Part shown: positions 57,443 through 64,000 of the stretch, piece after piece
Numbering within the stretch: the stretch's first letter is position 1
Layout of the letters: each line of letters opens with the position of its first letter
IMG/VR virus record: IMGVR_UViG_3300042731_007310
Location: 1-64,000 of that record
Origin: a virus
Reading direction: 5' to 3' (one strand)
Length of the DNA stretch: 64,000 bases
Notes under the pieces: generated by a model
Database searches by the model: none
What the model saw: the letters and a program-made list of their open reading frames with translations, nothing else
What the model was told of the DNA's origin: nothing
Position numbers and translations under genes: made by a program

Positions 57443-58257
57443 TGGTATCACCGCTTTTAGAAGTCGGAGCTTCATTAGCGTCGCAACTTATTCCAAACAT
57501 GAAGGTTTGGCGATTATCTAATTTAGATTCAAGTGAAGTACTTGAAGGTCAATTTGAAGCTGAAGGATTATCTGAAGAAGTAAGTACGTCATGGGCTCAA
57601 TTTACGTCTTTGAATAGACAGAATCCAATACTTCAATTTGTACATGGAAACGCTGATACATTATCCTTTACTGGTAGGCTATTTAGAAACAATGCATTAG
57701 ACACAAACCCAAAAGAAAAATTAGATAAGTTGAAATCGTGGGCTAGGATAGACACTAGTGTTAGAAGACCACCTATTCTACAATTTTCGGTTGGTGATGG
57801 TCATGTATCGGTCAATTGTGTAATTGTTGGATTGTCAATTAAATATTCTAGACCTGATTTTTTTGGTGGATTGAGAGATGTTACCTTTGATGTTTCTCTT
57901 CTTCAATTTTCAACATTCAGTTTAGATGATGAAGAACAAACAGATACCAGATATGCGCGCGCTAGCGAGCGCGACTACTATGAAATGTTAGCTTATAAAG
58001 AGTATGGAAATCCTATTTTGGGTGATATCATAAGAAAAGACCATCCCGATAAACAAAGACTTCAACCTGGTGATATAGTGAAACTTCCGTCAATAGAAGG
58101 GATACGCGAAAAAGAAGTCACTCAAACTTCAACTACTTTGAAAACAGCTTTCGGAAAAAGAGATACAGCGCAAAAACGTTTACGATTATCGTTTTTTGAT
58201 AAACGATCAAAAAGTTATGTTTCTCATTTATTGCAAGCGCAAACAACCCCGGTGTAA
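57439..58257 (+). CDS. tube-initiator / LysM-tail X baseplate protein
   Basis: PILQF..RPPILQF; LAYKEYGNP..GDIVKLP. Confidence 0.75.
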   Translation: MMVSPLLEVGASLASQLIPNMKVWRLSNLDSSEVLEGQFEAEGLSEEVSTSWAQFTSLNRQNPILQFVHGNADTLSFTGRLFRNNALDTNPKEKLDKLKSWARIDTSVRRPPILQFSVGDGHVSVNCVIVGLSIKYSRPDFFGGLRDVTFDVSLLQFSTFSLDDEEQTDTRYARASERDYYEMLAYKEYGNPILGDIIRKDHPDKQRLQPGDIVKLPSIEGIREKEVTQTSTTLKTAFGKRDTAQKRLRLSFFDKRSKSYVSHLLQAQTTPV

Positions 58258-58259
58258 AA

Positions 58260-59555
58260 ATGGTTATAGGAATTTCCACGGTAGACAATCCATTTTCTAA
58301 TGACGTTGGGTTCAATGCGCCTAATTTTATGTTGAAAATTCAAGGTGCAAATGTACCGATCGGAATACGTCGATTGATCAGTAAAATAGAGTATGAATCT
58401 TCTGATGGTATGGCTGATATGATGCGGATAACCTTTGTTGATCCGGGTCTTATACCACCAAAAGGATTGAATGCTATTGGTCCTATAGGTGGATTTGGTG
58501 GTTTGGGCGGTGGAAGTGGTAGTTCTGTATCGTTGAGAGATACAAAAATAATACAACCTGGAAATGAAATAAGTTTATGGTTAGGATATGGAACACAATT
58601 AAAACACGTTGGTAGAACTATTATTAGAAAAATAAGGCCTAGATATCCACGTGAAGAAATACCAAGTCTTGAGGTAATAGGGTATACAAAAGATTCTGTT
58701 ATGATGGATCACGCCCCTGAAAAATCGAAGAAGAAAAAGGGAAAAGGTGGAAGAATATTCAAACAAACTACGTTCGCTAATGCAGTTAGAGAAAGAGCAC
58801 AAGATTATAATTTTTCATTAGATGTAGATGATACTTCTGATTCACCACACAACTTCATTCAAAAAGTTGGTTTGACAGATTATGACTTTATAAATGGTTT
58901 AGCAAATCTAACGGGTTATTATTTTTGGGTTGATGGTGATTCAAGTGGAAAATGGACGCTTCATTTCAAAAATCCAGAAACATTATCTAGAGATGTTTTA
59001 CAAGATAAAATATATACATTTATTTATGATAGAAGTGACTATAGTTCTTTACTGGAATTCGAGCCTGAATTAGCTATTCAAGGGGCAACAACCAAACTTC
59101 AAGCTAAAGTAAAGGATCCTAAAACCGGAAAGGTTTTGGATGCCGACTTTGAAGAAGAAAACGATCAATCGCCTGATATTACCGTTGAAGCCGGAACCGA
59201 TATACGGGCTTCAAGAAATGAACTCGAAGGTAATCATACTACGGCAAGCGATATAAAGATATTTATAGATGATTATAGTTTTGAAGTAAGGTCAAATAGG
59301 CGTTTTAAAACTGAAGCTGAATTGATTGCATGGGCTAAACAATGGTTTCGAAGAAACAGAGAGAACTTTGTTTTGTCCAGTGGAACCATAATAGGTGTAG
59401 AATCTGTTATGGCAAGGCAAATACATAAACTATCTGGGTTAGGCGCTGGTTTGAATGGAGAATATTTTTTTAGCAATGTAACTCATACAATGGACAAAGA
59501 AGGCGGTTATGAAATTGAGTGTAATATGAGAAAGGTGGTTCCGAGTTTAGCATGA
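58260..59555 (+). CDS. baseplate hub (P2 gpD-like)
   Basis: LWLGY, Q..TDYDF..LA, GEY..VTH. Confidence 0.85.
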   Translation: MVIGISTVDNPFSNDVGFNAPNFMLKIQGANVPIGIRRLISKIEYESSDGMADMMRITFVDPGLIPPKGLNAIGPIGGFGGLGGGSGSSVSLRDTKIIQPGNEISLWLGYGTQLKHVGRTIIRKIRPRYPREEIPSLEVIGYTKDSVMMDHAPEKSKKKKGKGGRIFKQTTFANAVRERAQDYNFSLDVDDTSDSPHNFIQKVGLTDYDFINGLANLTGYYFWVDGDSSGKWTLHFKNPETLSRDVLQDKIYTFIYDRSDYSSLLEFEPELAIQGATTKLQAKVKDPKTGKVLDADFEEENDQSPDITVEAGTDIRASRNELEGNHTTASDIKIFIDDYSFEVRSNRRFKTEAELIAWAKQWFRRNRENFVLSSGTIIGVESVMARQIHKLSGLGAGLNGEYFFSNVTHTMDKEGGYEIECNMRKVVPSLA

Positions 59556-60406
59556 TAAATACAGCTACATATTACGCTACTGTGACATTCAATGAAGATC
59601 CTGATAAGTTAGGAAGGATCCGTGTTGCGTGTGTTGGTTTATTAGGTGATGAAGAGACAGAAATACCTATAGACATTGAGCCCGTTCATGACTGGGGGTG
59701 GTTCTACATTCCGGATATAGGTGAAATAGTCGAAATAGAAGTGACTGAAGGTTCTTCTGAAGACGAGCAACACGGACAAATGTCAATAGACAATTTAGAC
59801 ATAAAGTGGCGTTCAGCGCGCGCTTACGGAAATGAAGAAGGTGACACACCAACACCCATCAATGAAGATTTCACGTCAACCAATTATGGAAAAAGACGCG
59901 GGTTCGCTACTCCTATGGGTCACGTGTTTTTGTTTGATGACAAAGAAGGTTCAGAACAAGTTTCTTTGAAGTGGCAAAATAAGGCTGGTGAAAACTGTTT
60001 TTTCGCAATGGATAAAGATGGTTCGATAGTCATGAGTAACAAGACTGGAACCACTTTATTTTTCAATGCTAAAGACGGTCAAATGTCGATTATCGATCAA
60101 CACGGAAACGTTTTTTCATCCGATAGCACTGGATTGAAATTGATTGACGCTAGCGGAAATTCTGTAGAGTTGAAGAGTGGCGCTATAATCGTGTTGGGTC
60201 AAAGTGGTGTAACCATCAGTTGTAAAGACGCTGTTATTGACGCTGGAAATGTTGAAATAACAGGTAATGTTGAAGCGGCTGTATTGGGAACTACGTTTCT
60301 TCCGCTCCTAAACGCACATGTACATCCAACTGGTGTAGGTCCGAGTGGAACGCCTACACCACCGTTTGCACCTACAATTCTTTCAACCAAGGTAAAGGTG
60401 GGTTGA
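59552..60406 (+). CDS. baseplate spike (gpV/gp5 OB fold)
   Basis: EDPDKLGRIRV, PDIGEIV, terminal HVHPTGVGPSG. Confidence 0.88.
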   Translation: MINTATYYATVTFNEDPDKLGRIRVACVGLLGDEETEIPIDIEPVHDWGWFYIPDIGEIVEIEVTEGSSEDEQHGQMSIDNLDIKWRSARAYGNEEGDTPTPINEDFTSTNYGKRRGFATPMGHVFLFDDKEGSEQVSLKWQNKAGENCFFAMDKDGSIVMSNKTGTTLFFNAKDGQMSIIDQHGNVFSSDSTGLKLIDASGNSVELKSGAIIVLGQSGVTISCKDAVIDAGNVEITGNVEAAVLGTTFLPLLNAHVHPTGVGPSGTPTPPFAPTILSTKVKVG

Positions 60407-60407
60407 T

Positions 60408-60761
60408 ATGTCAAAATGTAACTTTCAAGCGCCACCTTCTATAAGCCTTCCAGTGCCATTTCCACCAGGTGTTCCGGTAATCCCTGCCGTTCCAGCGGTT
60501 CCGATACTTGCGAGCCTTTCAAGTGTCAATATACCCGTTCCAACGCCACCAACGCCATCACTTCCAGTGCCATTTCCACCAGGTGTTCCGGTAATCCCCG
60601 GATTGCCTTCTACACCTACCTTATTTGTTATGCCTACAGGTGTAAATATACAGGTTGGACAACCACCTTCACTTACATTGCCAGTTCCATTCCCACCTGG
60701 TATACCGGTGTTACCGGCTTTACCAAGTGTACCTACAACGCCACCTTGTCCATTAGATTAG
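60408..60761 (+). CDS. proline-rich repeat protein
   Basis: LPVPFPPG(V/I)PV(I/L)P three times; Cys near both ends. Confidence 0.7.
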   Translation: MSKCNFQAPPSISLPVPFPPGVPVIPAVPAVPILASLSSVNIPVPTPPTPSLPVPFPPGVPVIPGLPSTPTLFVMPTGVNIQVGQPPSLTLPVPFPPGIPVLPALPSVPTTPPCPLD

Positions 60762-60768
60762 GTGAATC

Positions 60769-61053
60769 ATGTCTTTGGATAAATCAGGATTACAATCAGC
60801 TCTAGAAACAGTTTTCAGTGATGTTTCTTCGGAATCTACAGCGGCCACCAAAGCGGCTGCAATGGCAGATCTAATTGATGCATACGTAAAAACCGCGTTG
60901 GTGAATTGTAGTATTCCAGCGGGTTCAGTTATCATTAGCGTTTCTGGTGGTAGTGGTGCCCCCGCTGTAGGTGTTCCAAATCCAACACCGATAAGTTTGA
61001 CAGGTGATCCTAATGCAGCACCAGGATCGGATAATGAAGGGGGGTTATCATAA
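60769..61053 (+). CDS. small baseplate-region protein
   Basis: AGGTG RBS; ADLIDAYVK. Confidence 0.65.
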   Translation: MSLDKSGLQSALETVFSDVSSESTAATKAAAMADLIDAYVKTALVNCSIPAGSVIISVSGGSGAPAVGVPNPTPISLTGDPNAAPGSDNEGGLS

Positions 61054-61463
61054 TGGCTACTGGTTTAGCTCTCCCTGTAGGTGTTGACAATCAAGGTGGC
61101 GCAAAGATTGTTAGTGGTGATGAGAACGACAGCAAAATAATTCGCTGTGCGTTAGGTGATGACGATAATGAAAACGCTTTTCAGCAAAATATAGGTTTAG
61201 GCGTTGGATCAATATTTGGAGTTTCAGACGAATTAATTAGATCGAAAATTCTAAGAAGACTAAACGAAGTATTCAGAAGGTTTCAAGCTCAAAAAAGATT
61301 CATATTGAGACCAAATACGATAAAATGGGTTAGAGATGAAAATCAAAGTCAAGAATTAACGTTAGAATTTCGCTATGTGAGCATAGAAAGCGATGAAGAA
61401 AAATTGTTTCGACAAAACTTTGATTCTTCAAGTGGATCACTAACAGGTAATACGGGTGGATAA
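61053..61463 (+). CDS. baseplate wedge gp25/gpW-like protein
   Basis: Size and synteny before baseplate J. Confidence 0.7.
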   Translation: MATGLALPVGVDNQGGAKIVSGDENDSKIIRCALGDDDNENAFQQNIGLGVGSIFGVSDELIRSKILRRLNEVFRRFQAQKRFILRPNTIKWVRDENQSQELTLEFRYVSIESDEEKLFRQNFDSSSGSLTGNTGG

Positions 61464-61465
61464 TC

Positions 61466-63637
61466 ATGCCTTCAAGAGAAATAATAGTACCATCATTTGA
61501 TTTTAGCGCTTTCTATTATCCGCAAATATTAGAAGCACTGATTATTAGAAAAAGAATCGATGTTCCGGAACTAACCGATGAAAGTGATTTTGAACCATTT
61601 ATCCAATTACTTCGATCGTTTGCGCTAGTTGGTCATCTAAATAACGTTTTATTAGATATGGTAGCGAACGAAAATACGCTTCCCACTTCTAGTCTCGTTC
61701 AGACCGTTAGAGATATGCTTAATTTGATAGACTACAAATTGGCTTCAGCTTCACCAGCTACTACGGAATTGGTATATGAACTAAGTAAAGTTTTTACTTC
61801 AAGTTTTCAGATCGTTTCTGAAAATGCACAAGCGGCAACAGAGATAGAAGGTGATAATCCTGTTATCTATTTTGAATCACTTTTAGGAATCACAATAGAT
61901 AGAACGGATCAATTTACTTCTGTTCAATCTGTTGACGGTGGAACGTTTAGCGATCACACAACGCAAGCAAATTCAGGATCAAATTTCACACCTTGGCCTA
62001 GTCCGGTAACTGGTGATGCATTGTATTTTGGTCATTCAAGCGTAATGTGGGATAAGTTGAATATAGACGTTGTAACAGCAATGTCTAATATCGTTGGTAT
62101 TTGGGAATACTACGAAAATGATCTTTATGACATTCAACCAACTTCTGTTACTGATATAGGTGGTGGTAATCTAGAATTTGATTTGACTAGTCTATTAGGC
62201 ACAAGCGATAGACGTGGTACTGTTGTAAGGGTTTCATTGAATGAAACTGGCGTTTATGAAGATGTAACATCAACTTGGAGCGGTAGTAAAAACATAGCTA
62301 CTACTGGATTATTAGGTCAAACAAGTCCCTCAACAGATGAAGAAGATTATACGATAGGATCTGAATGGACTGAATTTGCTTTGGAATCACAACTTAGTTT
62401 CAGTGACGGAACGGCAGATTTGATTCAGGACGGTGATGTAGAATTTGTATTACCGCAAAACGAATTGAACAACTGGCAAAAAACAGAAATAAATTCAATA
62501 GAAGCCTTTTGGATTAGGTACAGAATCATAACTGTTAGTGGTCCTTCTTCGCCTACCTTGAATAGGTGTAGAATGGATACCGGAAAACAGTATGCTATAT
62601 CAGACGTTGTTCAAGGAAGAACGGTTAGTGATGATCCACTTGGTTCTTCAAATGGCGCGCAAAATCAATCGTTCGAAACTACACGCGATTATTTTATAGA
62701 TGGTAGCGAAACAGTAACGATAGATTCTGAAGAATGGACGCGAGTTGACAATTTTCTATCTTCAGGTCCACAAGATAAGCACTATATTTTAAAATTAGGG
62801 GATAATGATCGAGCAACTATTAGAACCGGTGATGGTGTAAATGGTAGAATACCATCAATCGGTCAAGGAAATATTTCTATAGAGTATAGATATAATGCTG
62901 AAGAAGACGGAAACGTAGGCGCAAACACCGTAACGGTAGACAAAACAGGTTTGACGTATGTGAATTCTATATTCAATCCACGTCAAGCTGGTGGGTGGGC
63001 TCAAGCTGAAGGTGCAACCGATGAAAGCCTAGAAAGAGCAAAGCTAACAGGTCCGGCTAGTCTGAGAGTAAAAGAAGTTGCATTGAATGGTGATGACGCG
63101 ATTGTTTTGACACAATCGTTTGTTGCGTCTGATGGTTCTTCGCCATTCAGTAGAGCAACATTTATAGAAGAAGGTTTTGGAGAAAAAACTTTAGAATTGA
63201 TAGTGGTTGGATCTGGTGGTGTTATTCCTACCGGAAATCAACTTGAAGAATTGGCATTGTATTTCAATGGAGACAAATTTGCTAATCCACAGATTCCAAA
63301 AAGATATGTAGCAAACAACGAAGTTGTTCCAGTTGCCTTTGAACCTAAAACGATAGATGTAACCGCTGTAGTTACCGCACCTGAAGGCGTTACAGCACAA
63401 GCTATAATAAACGGTCTAAACCAGGTTGTTCAACCTGAAGCATTGAAGAGTGACGGTGTTACATATGAATGGAGTTTTGGTGATAGCGTTCCGGTTTCTA
63501 GGCTTATACACGAAATATTTAGTGTAGATGATAGAATAGAAGACGTTGATATATCGGTTCCGTCTTCTGATGTAGCGCTAGGAATAAGAGAGTTACCGGT
63601 ATCTGGTACGTTTTCGATAACGATTCAGGAATCATAA
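61466..63637 (+). CDS. baseplate J-like protein
   Basis: ANE..LIDY, GDGVNGRIP, GNVGAN, ESLERAK. Confidence 0.85.
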   Translation: MPSREIIVPSFDFSAFYYPQILEALIIRKRIDVPELTDESDFEPFIQLLRSFALVGHLNNVLLDMVANENTLPTSSLVQTVRDMLNLIDYKLASASPATTELVYELSKVFTSSFQIVSENAQAATEIEGDNPVIYFESLLGITIDRTDQFTSVQSVDGGTFSDHTTQANSGSNFTPWPSPVTGDALYFGHSSVMWDKLNIDVVTAMSNIVGIWEYYENDLYDIQPTSVTDIGGGNLEFDLTSLLGTSDRRGTVVRVSLNETGVYEDVTSTWSGSKNIATTGLLGQTSPSTDEEDYTIGSEWTEFALESQLSFSDGTADLIQDGDVEFVLPQNELNNWQKTEINSIEAFWIRYRIITVSGPSSPTLNRCRMDTGKQYAISDVVQGRTVSDDPLGSSNGAQNQSFETTRDYFIDGSETVTIDSEEWTRVDNFLSSGPQDKHYILKLGDNDRATIRTGDGVNGRIPSIGQGNISIEYRYNAEEDGNVGANTVTVDKTGLTYVNSIFNPRQAGGWAQAEGATDESLERAKLTGPASLRVKEVALNGDDAIVLTQSFVASDGSSPFSRATFIEEGFGEKTLELIVVGSGGVIPTGNQLEELALYFNGDKFANPQIPKRYVANNEVVPVAFEPKTIDVTAVVTAPEGVTAQAIINGLNQVVQPEALKSDGVTYEWSFGDSVPVSRLIHEIFSVDDRIEDVDISVPSSDVALGIRELPVSGTFSITIQES

Positions 63638-63640
63638 AAA

Positions 63641-64000
63641 ATGGCCTTATATGAAAGAACAATTGATGATAGCGTAAGCGTTTACGATGCTATTACACAA
63701 GAACGTATTATAGCTGATTCTGTATCGGTCAATGACTCTATCATTGCGCAAAAAATAGAAACTCTAGAAATATCCAATGCTCGCGTTTTGACACCAACAA
63801 AAGTAAGAATAGATTTTTCGGCACCAGCGGTTATTAATTCAGCCTTGCAAGATCCGAATAGTTACACGTTCAATGCTGTTTCGGCTGGTGCGATTGATGT
63901 TATACCTCAATCCGTAGATTTGCCACCAGGTCAAACAAATCCTTCTTTCGTTGAAGTCAACGTCACAGAACATACTGATGGATCAATTTATTCTGTAGAA
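63641..64000 (+). CDS. 3'-truncated baseplate/fibre protein starting with two DSVSV repeats and an Ig-like domain
   Basis: Translated by hand: MALYERTIDDSVSVYD..ERIIADSVSVND..KVRIDFS..DPNSYTF. Confidence 0.75.
   Translation, partial: MALYERTIDDSVSVYDAITQERIIADSVSVNDSIIAQKIETLEISNARVLTPTKVRIDFSAPAVINSALQDPNSYTFNAVSAGAIDVIPQSVDLPPGQTNPSFVEVNVTEHTDGSIYSVE

Noticed and set aside
871-63400. All minus-strand ORFs in the track
   Set aside because: They lie antisense to well-supported + strand genes or in the repeat region, and lack RBSs and recognisable motifs.
50551-64000. Stand-alone contractile injection system or tailocin
   Set aside because: Contiguous with terminase, portal and capsid genes, so it is a phage tail.
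1-64000. tRNA genes and stop-codon reassignment
   Set aside because: No cloverleaf recognised by eye; core genes are intact in the standard code and TAG, TGA and TAA all end genes.

Overview
A 64-kb segment of a large AT-rich tailed dsDNA phage with a contractile tail. All credible genes are on the + strand. (1) 1-5.7 kb: an array of nine small, otherwise unrelated ORFs that share an N-terminal peptide M[KN]L[DSEK][DE][LI]R[KN]KAxxGI, surrounding a sigma-70-family gene and interrupted by two promoter/terminator-bounded early cassettes. (2) 6-8.7 kb: a mostly non-coding region carrying about 11 copies of a ~17-19-bp motif in both orientations. (3) 7.3-15 kb: small genes assembled from shuffled domains, including an L7/L12-like domain and a GNAT. 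(4) 15.9-27.4 kb: tmk, thyX, a stand-alone NrdJ C-terminal domain, an AdoMetDC-family enzyme, membrane HExxH proteins and an amidase endolysin. (5) 27.5-64 kb: morphogenesis genes, namely TerL, portal, MuF, XkdF protease, scaffold, major capsid, a methyltransferase-GT2-TPR fusion, a 1636-aa repeat protein, neck, sheath, tube, a frameshifted tail chaperone, tape measure and baseplate. The strongest candidates for undescribed systems are the N-terminal tag family and a C-terminal Kx[FL]W[KN]G[ILV][IL] motif shared by the scaffold and two other head-module proteins. All family assignments come from motif recognition by eye; no searches were run.
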